In this document: in pieces, positions 1-11,859 of the stretch | Numbering within the stretch: the stretch's first letter is position 1 | Layout: each line of letters opens with the position of its first letter | NCBI RefSeq assembly: GCF_006345805.1 | Contig: NC_042997.1 | Location: 166,718,001 to 166,782,000, forward strand | Direction of reading: 5' to 3' | Length of the DNA: 64,000 nt | Origin: Octopus sinensis | Taxonomy: Eukaryota | Made by a program: the position numbers and the translations under genes | Notes under the pieces: generated by a model | Databases searched by the model: none | The model's input: only the letters and a program-made list of their open reading frames with translations | What the model was told of the DNA's origin: nothing

Positions 1-186
1 GCCGGGCGAAATGCGTAGCCGTATTTCGTCTGCCGTTACGTTCTGAGTTCAAATTTCGCTGAGCTCGACTTTGCCTTTCATCCTTTAAGGGTCGATAAAT
101 TAAGTACCAGTTACGTACTGGAGTCGATATAATCGACTTAATCCATTTGTCTGTCCTTGTTTGTCCCCTCTATGTTTAGCCCCTTG
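1..186 (+). mobile_element. SINE family A (tRNA-derived, long-tail variant), 5' end cut by the window edge
   Basis: Body (ttctgagttcaaat B-box-like; gactttgcctttcatcc; aagtaccagttacg) and tail (tttgtctgtccttgtttgtcccctctatgtttagccccttg) are shared with many copies in the window. Confidence 0.85.
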
Positions 187-516
187 AGGATAACAGTTCC
201 TGGTTCAGAAGCCTAGAGTAGTATGGATGGGTCTGGCAGCATAAATTAGAACGCAAAACTGTTCGTACAACGAAACTTTGCACATATTAAGAATTTGTGT
301 CTCCAACACCTATTTGCAGACAATTTCCACGCCAAAGTTAGGGTAAGGTATCTTGAGGATAATCACACTTCATATTCCGACTATAATTTGACTTGATAAT
401 CAAAAGATGTCGCCACCTGAGAAACATGCTTTCAGAGTGCCGACTGTGACATGAACCATTGTCTGTTTTGCTGCATAATCAGAAGTGCAATGTCCAGATA
501 AAGTAGCGGTGGGGTG

Positions 517-537
517 GAGAGAGAGAGAGAGAGGGGG

Positions 538-568
<31 letters not shown>

Positions 569-580
569 GAGAGAAAGAGA

Positions 581-616
<36 letters not shown>

Positions 617-797
617 AAAATAAGTAGGTCGCGCGAGAAGAGATAGATAGGGAGATAAAAAGATAGCGAGATGGATGTATAGACCGATGGATAGACAGAT
701 AAACAGGTATAGAAATAGCGAGATAAACAGATAGATAAATGAAGAGCGAGATAGATAGATAGATAGATAGATTGCAAGATAAATAGGTAGATAGATT

Positions 798-859
<62 letters not shown>

Positions 860-866
860 CAGATAT

Positions 867-963
<97 letters not shown>

Positions 964-975
964 GATAGATAGATG
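517..975. repeat. Compound (GA)n to (GATA)n/(GACA)n microsatellite
   Basis: Directly visible; it explains ORFs 400..1050 and 479..997. Confidence 0.95.
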
Positions 976-1342
976 GACAGCTAAGTAATAGATACAAAGA
1001 TTATCATGCAGGCAGTTAAATGATTGATTAACATACAAACGCCTGTACAAGTACGGGGTTATGTACTATATATCAACATTGACTTATAAAACCCGCAGCA
1101 CCACTGATATTGGGTCAGTGCGAGACCAATTAAACGTCGGTACATATTTAATCGATTAATTCATATCGTGCAGCAAGTATTACGATGCGACCCGACAAAA
1201 TGTGTGCAGGCTGTAAAATCATTAATTCACTCATCACACAAAAAGAAACGCGTGGGAGTATGTTTTATTGTTATAACAGTTATCAATCAACTGAAGCATA
1301 AATCGCTAGTCAAGAAACCGTTTCGGGTCTTAGTAGTTTATT

Positions 1343-1728
1343 ATTTCTTTATTGCCCACAAAGGGGCTAAACACAGAGGGGACAAACAAGGACAGACAAA
1401 GGGATTAAGTCGATTATATCGACACCAGTGCGAGCTGGCAGAAACGTTAGCGCGCCGGGAGAAATGCTTAGCAGTATTTCGTCTGCCGCTACGTTCTGAG
1501 TTCAAATTCCGCCGAGGTCGACTTTGCCTTTTATCCTCTCGGGGTCGATAAATAAAGTACCAGTTTCGCACTGAGGTCGATCTAATCGATTTAATCCCTT
1601 TGTTTGTCCCCTCTATGTTTAGCCCCTTGTGGGTAGTAAAGAAATATATATCGACCCCAGTGCGTAACTGGTACTTAATATATCGACCCTGAAAGGATGA
1701 AAGGCAAAGTCGACCTCGGCGGAATTTG
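1343..1728 (-). mobile_element. SINE-A (minus strand) interrupted by a second SINE-A
   Basis: Reverse-complement tail at 1343-1432 and body at 1647-1728, separated by a plus-strand copy. Confidence 0.85.
1431..1646 (+). mobile_element. SINE-A long-tail copy nested antisense in another SINE-A
   Basis: cgagctggcagaaacgttagc...gtaaagaaata, flanked by tatatcgac(a/c)ccagtgcg at 1415-1432 and 1647-1664. Confidence 0.85.
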
Positions 1729-1971
1729 GGTCTAGTAGTTTATGGTGATCGTAATTTTTACTTGGTCATACAAGATCGAGACTTTGATGTTCAAGAGACA
1801 AAGGGCTTCTTTCTACCACCGGTGGGATGAAAGCCTAGTTAAAGTGTATCGATTTGTGTTTCCACGATTCTACTTAGATGGTTTATTTGATTGAGTGGTG
1901 TTGTATAGCCACAGGTAATCTCTGATCGAGCAAATTTATGACGTTAGGCATTCCCGATGCGATTATACTGT

Positions 1972-2270
1972 TGTAGCGTACCTTAGTGAGGTCCTCTCTA
2001 TCTGGCATGTGTGGCCAATCGCAACCTTCTGATAAGGTCCCGTGACACAGTCTTCTAGGTTCTCTTCTGGAGCCCACTAATCTCTTTAAAAGCTAGCTCA
2101 ACAAACCGTAATTTGTCTTTGGTTCTCACCACTGGTAGAGGGCTCTGTAGCGTACGTTAGTGAGGTCCTCTCTATCTGGCATGTGTGGTACGGAAGCTGT
2201 CCGTCATCCGCCACGTCAGCATTCGTACCACACATGCCAGATAGAGAGGACCTCACTAACGTACGCTACA
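1972..2270. mobile_element. Non-autonomous TIR element with TGT...ACA ends and a 4-bp TSD (Ginger-like candidate)
   Basis: 43-bp TIR (1972-2014 vs 2228-2270, 1 mismatch); ctgt at 1968-1971 and 2271-2274; internal extra TIR copy at 2146-2192. The superfamily call is an inference. Confidence 0.65.
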
Positions 2271-4019
2271 CTGTGTTTCCAGAGTATTCTAACAGGCGTG
2301 AAAGAGTAAAGTAATCTGTTTGAAGTATTGCAATATATGTAAATGGGTAAATGTTTACAAATAATACTTTGAGTTATGCGGCTGAAGGTTTAAATAAATT
2401 ATGCAGGGTGATGTTAATGAATGAAAACAATGAGAAAAAGATTGTATTACCTGACAAGCATTGTTTAATGATCCCATAATATTTCGGGGGAACGTTTTTC
2501 TTTTTCAAACGGAAGGAATAAGATAATCAAAGATTTCGGAGAATGCGTTATTACCTGCAGGCCAGTTTAGTGTGATTTAAAATGTATTTAGCTGCTATTT
2601 CTAGTAAGTCGTGTGATCGTGAAGAAGTCGATGGAATAAGTATAAGTCAAATACACGAGTCAATTTAATCGACAATGACTTTCTCCTTAATACGGGGTTG
2701 CATTAATTGGCTCGTAGTTCGATTGGTCGAGACAACCCGCATCTAACAGTCTCAATTATGCTCTGACAGAAGCCACCTCTGATGATTGCTTTTACTTTAC
2801 AATTAAAGTAGTTGTAATTAGAGAGACTTGGAAATAATTAACTGAATTCATTTACCAGGTCTGTCTAACACTAGCGAATCCAAAAAGCCCTCTTCGACGA
2901 AGCTATAGTGTTGCCTATAAAAAAAAAATAGTAAATAAAATGGAAAACAGTGAATTCTGCACTCAGAAACGTTTCCATTTTTTCCCCATTTTTCTGTAAA
3001 CCTATTTTCTCTGATGTAAGTGGTTTGGACGATTCTGGGTTAATATGGAGAATGGGCTGGGTAAACTAAAGCAATCAAAATATTTCTGTATGGAACATTT
3101 GATGGAATTAACGAACCGGCATCTTAGAAAGTGATTTGTAATTAAATGAAATGTATCACTAATTCGTTTTATGGTATTTCCAAATGAAACACTCCATTAT
3201 TGCATGACCGGGGAAAATTTCTCAGAGATGGGTTCTGCCTGAAAAACACATAGTTAAGTGCTGTCAGAGCAAATTCACTGTGTTGTTCGAATAGCCGACA
3301 AAATACCTTGCTGTATTTGTTCCGGACTCCTGCATTCTCAATTCAGTTCCGCCATGGCCAACACTGCCTTTCATTATTCCGGGGATGACAAAACACTAAT
3401 TTAGGGCAGTGGACTGGCAGAACTGTTGGATGGGATGCCCCCCGATACTCTGGCTCTTTGCTTTCTGAATTCAAATGCCATCGTGACCTACTGAGGTGGT
3501 GGAATTAATCCGTTGCCTAATCTAGCATCACTCCCTTATCTTCGAGCATCTTAAACAGAATTTACTCAGTTACAGGCATTCGGGTTCGGTCTCTGGTTTG
3601 AGGATACGTTCCTCCCTCCCGTCTTCAGTCTAGGAGATTCTGAGAATTGGGGCTGCTAACTCCCTTGAGTAACATATATAAAATGGAAGCTCACATATTT
3701 AATACAATGTTCCCGCAAAACAAATTAATTAAAATTACGCCTATAAGGAATTAAAAAAAGAAAAAGCATTAAGCTTACTGATTAATTCATAAGAAGCAAG
3801 GGATACCACTCGGAAAACCTAACTAACAAAAAACTGCATGGGGTTTGTAATGGAGAAAAGATCTATTCTTTGACCGATACGATGACTACGGCGAGAATGT
3901 TTCGGCCTCGTTAGACCTTATCAGTGAAGCATATTTTTACTCGTGCTTAGAAAGTTTGAGATGAGTGTATTCTAGTAGTGGTAGGAGTAGTGTAGATGGT
4001 GCCATTTATCTTTTAGTCA

Positions 4020-4312
4020 ATGAAGTGCGGCTATGCTGGGGCACCGCCTTGAAAGGTTTTGTTCAAAAAATCGACTCCACTACTTATTTTTAAAGCCTGG
4101 TATTTATTCTATCGGTCTCTTTTGCTGAATCACTAGGTCACGGGGTTGTCAACAAACCAACGTCGGTTGTCAACAAATACATTTACCAAGACACACACAT
4201 AAGTACACTGCGTTTATCAAATGAAATCCATTCATTAGGCTTTGGGTTGGCTCGAGGGTTAGAACCCAGAACCATGTGGCTGGGAAGCAAACCTCTTACA
4301 CATAGCCACTTT
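4020..4312 (-). mobile_element. SINE family B, degenerate and internally deleted
   Basis: Reverse complements of the SINE-B head (gtggctatgtgtaagaggtttgcttccc) and tail (gcggtgccccagcat) match 57356-57745. Confidence 0.7.
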
Positions 4313-4449
4313 TTGTATTCCTTTTTATATACATATGGCGACGTACGTACACTATGGTTTCTTATATGTAAGTATATATATATATATATATATAGGTTAA
4401 TCGAAACGGGAAAACAGAAAAAACAACAACACGTGGAACAATTACAGTA

Positions 4450-5253
4450 TTATTATTATTAGGCGCTCAGGAAAATGGAAGAAGGAAGGTATGACGTTTC
4501 GAGCGGAGCTCTTCGTCGGAAACATAAGAGAAGGAAGAAAGAAGAAAGATCCCGATGTGGGCGAAAGAGGGGAAAAAAAACGCGACTGGTGTTTACGAAG
4601 TACACATGCTGAAATGACCGGAAGTTTTGGAAACCAAGGCCAAAGTAGGTTTCTAAAGCCAAAAGAGTGGAGACAGGAAGGTTGGTAACAAAAAAAGATG
4701 TGTATGTATGTGTGAGTGTGTGTATGTGTGTGTGAGGCGAGATAAAAAACAAAAAATATATGTATATGTTAGTGCGTGCGTCAGTATGTAAGTGTGTAAG
4801 GTAGGGCGAACAGTAGTTGACATAGCAAGTCTCGAGTGAGTGGTCAGTAGTAAAAAAGGAGGAAGGAGGGAAGAAGGGAAGGAGGGAAAGGGTGGGGGCG
4901 TATGTAACGTGCCAGTGTGTGTGTTGAGTGGTAGTGTGTATGTGTCCAGTGTGCGTAGTTGTATGTAAGGCAAGTAATTTTGACGTGTGTGTAAGTGTAA
5001 TGTATATGCAAATGTGTGTGTGTGAGTGTGTGTGTATGTGTGTGCGTGTGTGTATGCAAAAGTGTGTGTGAGTGGGTGTGTGTATGTGTGTGCGTGTGTG
5101 TACAACAAGGCGGGGGGGGGGGGTATTAGGGAAAAAAAAACTGAAGCTGAGGGAAAGATGGAAGAGTGGTCCCGTGGCGACAGGCGTGGGAGAACCCAAA
5201 GACACGCGCCCGCCCCAGATACGGACAGGAGAAATAGTCGGTGCCCAAGAGCT

Positions 5254-5255
<2 letters not shown>
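4450..5255 (-). mobile_element. Penelope-like element (PLE) 3'/pLTR remnant invaded by GT microsatellite
   Basis: Hammerhead-like ccgacgaagagctccgctcgaaacgtc on the minus strand (4493-4519); weak resemblance of the 5140-5255 translation to a GIY-YIG C-terminus. Confidence 0.45.
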
Positions 5256-5309
<54 letters not shown>

Positions 5310-5396
5310 AAGGGTGGAAAGGAACACACGAGTTGATATATATGAAAAAACAAGTCAAAAATAGAAAATGCTAAGATAATTTTATAGTGAATCTTT

Positions 5397-5434
5397 CAGT
5401 ACCGGTTTCGGTCATTTTGAGACCTTTTCAACTG
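5397..5434 (-). ncRNA. Minimal type-I hammerhead ribozyme motif (mirror copy)
   Basis: Exact reverse complement of 5666-5703. Confidence 0.55.
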
Positions 5435-5665
5435 TAACGATTAAATAATTAAATTTAGAAAAATTAGAAGAAAAGTTTTTTTAAAAGAATATTTCTATAG
5501 TAGTATTCAGATATAAGTAGCATTCTGCCTTTCTCTGACTCCCTTGTTTGCACCAAGGGAGTCAGAGAAAGGCAGAATGCTACTTATATCTGAACACTAC
5601 TATAGAAATATTCTTTTAAAAAAACTTTTCTTCTAATTTTTCTAAATTTAATTATTTAATCGTTA

Positions 5666-5703
5666 CAGTTGAAAAGGTCTCAAAATGACCGAAACCGGTA
5701 CTG
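5666..5703 (+). ncRNA. Minimal type-I hammerhead ribozyme motif (U3-A8 variant)
   Basis: CAG (stem I) UUGAAAA (core) GGUC-UCAAAAU-GACC (stem II) GAAA CCGG UA (palindromic stem III, GUA cleavage triplet) CUG (stem I'). Confidence 0.55.
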
Positions 5704-5752
5704 AAAGATTCACTATAAAATTATCTTAGCATTTTCTATTTTTGACTTGTTT

Positions 5753-5799
<47 letters not shown>

Positions 5800-6979
5800 T
5801 ATTTGCTTTCGTCCTCCACCACCATTTGAAACCGATGTTGGTTTGTTTACGTCCCCATGACTTAGTAGTTTGGCAAAATAGACCGATAGATTTGTACCAC
5901 ACTTAAAAAATAATGAGTGGGGGCGAGTCTTTCGAGAAAAGTCCTTGAAGGCAGCGCCCATGCATGGACAGTTCAATGCCTGAAAGAAAAGATAAACTTC
6001 TGTATATATTAGATTGTCTATCAGTCTGTCTGTCTGTCTATAATTGAATGAATTAGTAATATTTTAGTTTGGTATGATGACCCCCCCCCCAAGCTAAAAG
6101 AGAAAATACTAAAATACTAGTATCTTTGTCTTTTATGTAAAATGATGTTTGTAACAATAGGCAATATTTTGGAAGAAAAATAGCAAGAATCGTGGCGACA
6201 TGACTACATCCAGAACTTGAGAGAGAGAGAGAGAGATAGAGGGGGGGGGGGGAGAAGAGTACATTGCTGGCTTTGTCATTTAGAGTTCCAGATCACCGGA
6301 TGAGTCAGCTGCTATGTTGCTCTCACCGATCTCGTACAAAGTCTCTTTAAATTAGTTTTCTTAAAAGAATGAGAGAAAGCTAAAATGTTGACCAAGAGTT
6401 CACACAGCTAGAGATGACAATATATAAATTAGCTGCTCACTGCTCACTCTACACATCGCCTTCCATACCACTCTACTTGAGCTAGTTACACAGCAGAAAC
6501 TAAAACAATGGCAGCAATGAGGCAAATATACAATAACGTCTAAAAAAGGAAGACTATCCCTCCTCCATTTGTGTCGTCTTAGACTAAGCAAACAGCTTTC
6601 CATTTGTCTGATTCATTTTAACAATAGATGTTGTTCTCTGGTTACTAATTATATATTATATTATCCAGAGCTATGGCAAATATGCCTTTTGAAATGTTAA
6701 CGGTAGTTTAATTATGTAGTCGGAATTAGTTGACACTTACAAGAAAAGAAAAACAAAAATGTAATACTCTATTATATATATGACATTTTGCGAAAATGTG
6801 CACCGACTTGTTGGTTCATTAGACGTTAAGCAGTCGGACATTCCATTTCGATCGATTAACGAAGAAATTTTCATTATAGACTGTATGTACTTAGTGCATA
6901 TATCCTCCACATTTCAGAGGCATATCAAACATTGCACTTTTAAAGATATGCCAAACAGTATACAGTTAAGATAGTATTA

Positions 6980-7475
6980 CAGTACGGGGCCTCTTATCCG
7001 GTTTCCAGAAGTCTGGAAATATTGTGCAATGCTCTGCAATAAACTGTATTGAATAAACAGACCCTGTTTTTGGAGTTAATTTGCATACGGTGTGTTAAAA
7101 ATTGTTCTTTACTATTTTCAAGTGGATTGATTGAAATTAGACACACACTGCTTCAAATTGTATCAATTTAAACTAGTATTTGTTAAATCATGTTCTTTAT
7201 TTGTCTTTCTTTAATTTTCATCTTATAAACATTATGCTGCATACATGGTGTAGCATAACACATTTTAAGAATTTTAAGTGGATTAATAAATCTCAAACGG
7301 ACCCTGCTTTAGAGATGTATTAATTTTGAATCTGTTAAATACAATTTAATTCTTTACTTTTCATAGCTTATCCTATATTTTAAATATGTATTTTTGACTG
7401 TCTCTAGAAAACTAAAAAATCCAGAAATCCTAGACACTTCATGTTCCAGCTTGTCGGATAACTAGCCCAGCACTG
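6980..7475. mobile_element. Tigger/pogo-like MITE with TA TSD
   Basis: TA|CAGTACGGGGCCTCTTATCCGG on the left; reverse complement of the right end reads TA|CAGTGCTGGGCTAGTTATCCGA. Confidence 0.6.
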
Positions 7476-7685
7476 TAATATTTAATATTGAAGGGAGCAT
7501 TTAATAAAGCTAAGTAAGTAATAGCGACTAATAAATATTTCAATAAATTTGGGATAGCATCGGGTATGTTTCTTATCATTATCGTCGTTGCCGTCATCTT
7601 TATTTCTAAACACATCACGTTTTGTAAAGTGGATGACAACTACATTCAATTATTTTGGATTCAACCCATTACTGGTACTTATAGT

Positions 7686-7846
7686 AGTTTCAAATTTTGG
7701 CACAAGGCCAGCAATTTCGGGGGAGGGGTTAATTCGATTACATCCAGTGCTCAACTGGTACTTATTTTATCGACCCCCTAGAGGATGGAAGGCAAAGTCG
7801 ACCTTGGTGGAATTTGAACTCAGAATGTAGCAGCAGACGAAATACC
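7686..7846 (-). mobile_element. SINE-A short-tail variant, partial
   Basis: ggcaaagtcgaccttggtggaatttgaactcagaa body on the reverse strand. Confidence 0.75.
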
Positions 7847-7848
7847 GG

Positions 7849-8354
7849 ATGTCACTAAAAGTCCATTTCCTTGATTCACATCTGGACTTTTTTGCAGAGA
7901 ACCTTGGAGCAGTGTCTGATGAACAAGGGGAACGCTTTCATTAAGATATTACATCAATGGAACAACGATATCAAGGATTTTGGAATGCAGGAATGTTAGC
8001 TGACTACTGTTGGATATTATACAGGGATGAACCTGGGACAAAACACCATAGAAAGTCCAAATCCCAAAGATTTTAAGTTGTTATGCATTTGAATGTATTC
8101 TAACTTATTTGTACACAATAATTTTAATTTTGTACAATAAAAAGCCATGAAATTATCGTATCTTGTATTCAATATACTTTATATAGACATGCTTTAAGTA
8201 TCCTATAAGTTAAAACAGCAGGTATCATTAACATGAAAATGTGACCAGATAAAGGAAATCGGACTTCAGATTCGAAATAAGCATCAAAAATTAACCCAGA
8301 AAAGTCAATCAGCAACTCTGATAATTAAAAAAAGTTTCAATTTGTTGACCAGTG
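7849..8354 (+). mobile_element. 3' end of a Chapaev3-like (CMC superfamily) DNA transposon with transposase C-terminus pseudogene
   Basis: 7849-8076 translates MSLKVHFLDSHLDFFAENLGAVSDEQGERFH*DITSMEQRYQGFWNAGMLADYCWILYRD...; terminus ...tttgttgaccagtg|taa (CAC-type TIR, TWA flank). Family recognised from memory. Confidence 0.7.
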
Positions 8355-10389
8355 TAATTATTCTCTATCATTAAACAATACATAAACCATTCTGCATAAT
8401 CACACACATATTACTAATTCACTAAATCCTTCTAATCTTAGAAGGATTCATCAAGCTATGAGTAATTCCACCTTTATTCAGACAAAAACTATTCTGGAAG
8501 CCAATCCAGCCCTAATATATTATCACAGGTTATTCAGCTTAAATTCAATTATTGAAGCTCGAAAAAGCTAACTTGACTCATTTGGGTAGGTTATCTGCAT
8601 AACACAAGAGGTCGTGGGTTTCTTTCAAAAATCAGGCAATCCCCCATAGTTTAGCTACATCTCAATTAAACTTCTTACGTAAAACTTGGAAAATGATATG
8701 GTTTGTAAATGATTCATTTAAAATAAGCCCATACTCTCACTCATGAGTCAGTTCTAAGGCTGTCAGTTCTAAGATCGCATTCATCATGAAGGCCAATGTT
8801 TTAATGTCGATGATGGACTAACAAAAATGTTGTAAGTAGGAGTCATAGCGTTGGCTTAACAACATCAATAAATAAGATATATTCATTAAAAATATTTCAT
8901 ATAACTTCATCCTTAAACGATATCATGTAAGAAGCTGAATCAGTCAAATAACACACCTAACTGAATCAAGGTATTTCTTAAAAGGAGTTGTAATGAGAGC
9001 CTTTAAGGTGTTGCATTAGTGTAGGAGGACTAGCTCTTCATACCCTGCCACTCATCTTACACCGTATTTGCGGAAAACAAGTCTTTCGAATCAATCTGCG
9101 TAGATTAATTTCTACACACCTATTCGTGTGCAATATTGCTTCTCCCTTCAGTAGTTCGGTAAACCCAGTGAAATCTATGTTCCACCGATAAGACCAGAAT
9201 AATACCGAACTATATCTGTAGTTGTCTCACGTACTTGCCGAAATGATCAAAATATTAGTAATTGTGCTAGTATCGTTTTTTTTCTTTACTATATATGTAT
9301 ATCTAATTCGATTTTTGATGCAGCATTAAGTATGTTAAAACTAATATACCTGTTAAAAATAGACAACCTTAGATGCAGAGTCGACAGTATAACGAATGAT
9401 TGCTAATAAAATGTTCGAATAATACCTAAAAAGGATGTGGAGTGGTAGTACTTTTCAGTATACGATGCGGCATATGATAGCCTCGCTCTGTTCACTGGTC
9501 CTCCCGTCCCAGGGGAAAAGTCATGCTTTGATTAAACAACACCAAGATCGACCCAGGTTAAAAACCTGCGCGAGGAGAGCCTGTTAAACAAACTTAGGCG
9601 GATTTAGAAGGAAAATCCTCGATAATAATTGTATCTGATGTCAATCGACGGACGATGGCAGCGCCTGATACATGTGAACTTTGTCAGGCTGATTCCAACA
9701 GACTGAGTGATCGACATCCTCTACAGCAGAACACATCTCTCACTGTCGCAATAACTTTGTTCTGTTAGTCCGAGATGCTGAAAGCGAAGATGATACAGAT
9801 CTGATCATTGCAATCGATCCCCACTCAAGACATTTCACACGGTGGCTTTTAACTAAAAACACTTTTCATAAATACATACGACTCCAGTCTTAGTCAGGAA
9901 GGCAGCATCCACAAAACTGAAGTTACTTCTTGAACTTGAAATTGAATGTTAGGTAGGCATTAGAATACTAAATGCCTCTATATATATATATAATTGTTAG
10001 AGAGATCGATTTTTGATCTTAAGCGTACATTGAAGGACATGGACATATTTTTGTTTGATGGAATTACATATTTAGAGAGGGAGGATTCAATCTCGGTTCA
10101 ATATTACGAGTAAAATTTTCTAATGAAATTGTTCTCATGTTCTATGAAAGATGTCTGAATTTAGACTGGAAAATTTAAACGTAAGCTTTACTTTTGAGTT
10201 ACATTTTAGCTCCCAAAACAGACAAACCTTAATTGAAGCGTGTACAAACTTTCCATGAGCTATTGTTCGATATAAACCTGATCATACCCGTACGAGTAAT
10301 TTAACATTGCATATAGGACACAGTATGTTATCCTATGAAAATCATAAGAATTTCCTTGAGAGGAAGTGTAAATGAATGAGAGAGAGAGA

Positions 10390-10425
<36 letters not shown>

Positions 10426-11859
10426 AGATTAATAGACAGACCTAATGGTTCTAATAAATGTTACATGATTTTAGCAAAATGTCATGTTTATTTTAATCAT
10501 GACATTACGCGTTAAGTCAGAAAGAATTGTATATGATCCGAGTACCGTAGGGTGGCCATATCTGCTTTAACACCAACTTTAAACACTATACCAACGCTTA
10601 CTAACAGTTACTGTAAAGTGAAAATAATTTTTTATGTAATTTTTTTTGGGTGGAGTTTAACCTAGGAAGAAGGAATTGTTGCTGTCATTCTCATGGCAGA
10701 CAAAAAAAAAAAGTCATTGTGAACTGGTTATACTTTTTAGTTCTAGGGTCTTGATTACATAGTACACATAGAATAGCAGTCGAATCCAGTTTTCACTACA
10801 ACTGGTTTTAAGAAAGTTTTGAAGGAAAACTATTCGACAATGATCCACTGAGGGCTATAATTAACTGCAGTAGAGAAATTAAGTAAACCAATTAACAAAG
10901 CTTATTAGACTAAGAACTATAAATTAGTTGCCAGTGACGTGATAAAAGTGGCTCCAAACGGTTGATTGGAATATATTTTTAGTTAGCAGCTACAGGGCAA
11001 AAATTACTTCCTATAAGATTTCTTGTATACTGACCGTGAAAATTCTACTTAATTATTTTTCCTTTTGTATATCTGGTTCAGAACTCAGTGGCCTATATAT
11101 TAACCTCTTAGATTGCTAGTAAACATTTTGTGAAGACGATTTTTTTTGTACTATTCCAAAGACTAATACTTCGTAATAATATTTTTATTGCCAATCTTTA
11201 GTTACTATAAGGCGACGAGTTGACAGGATCGTTACCGCGCCGAAAAAAAGAAAAAAGTGCTAGCTGCATTTCTTCCGACTGTTCAAAGGCCGACCGGGTC
11301 GACATTGCCTTTCATCCTTTCAGTATCGTTAAAACAAGTACCAGTTGAGCACTGGTGTTGGTGAAATCGATCTGCACTTCCCTCACAATTGCTGGCCTTG
11401 TGCCAAAAATTTGAAACCAATCTTTAATTGCTATTATTCTATTACTTTGTCTTGGTGTGTGGTGCGGGTTAACTTGACCTCTCTTATCACTGTCCTCGCT
11501 TGCCAGGCATGTATTTGTAGAAGAAAGGGAAAATGATAATAGCCACAACTATTAAGAATTGAAACAGAGCCAAACGACCGCCTCATTGACAACTCACAAG
11601 AGAAGCTAAAACGACCTTTTCTACGAAAAACAACCGCCTATCGTTGTACACACCAGCTAAACTTTTAAATTGTAAGTGAGTTCCTTGGAAACTGAACTTG
11701 AGAAGCAGGTTCAGTTCTCGGTTGAGTCATTTCATATAATCCCTTCGCTCCTAACGGAACAGATGTAGCCCAAGAAAAGTTTTTAATACTAAAGAGAATT
11801 TTCTTCATTTAAAATGGCTTGGGATGGGACAAATCAGGGTCACAGCGTAAGGAGTAGGA

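Larger units (their letters stand above)
5336..5764. repeat. 429-bp near-perfect palindrome (211-bp arms, 7-nt spacer) flanked by (TA)n; probable inverted PLE pLTR pair
   Basis: Position i pairs with 11100-i from 5336 to 5546; the single mismatch seen is 5505/5595. Confidence 0.9.

Noticed and set aside
400-1050. Long ORFs with YLSI/SL repeats, and similar ORFs at 4459-5358, 16756, 32577-32989, 34539-35113, 46171-46661, 54570-55055 and 61825-62103
   Set aside because: Translations of microsatellites; no domain-like sequence.
1168-1571. ORFs recurring with RPRRNLNSE / FKFRRGRLCLS peptides
   Set aside because: Chance reading frames through SINE-A copies.
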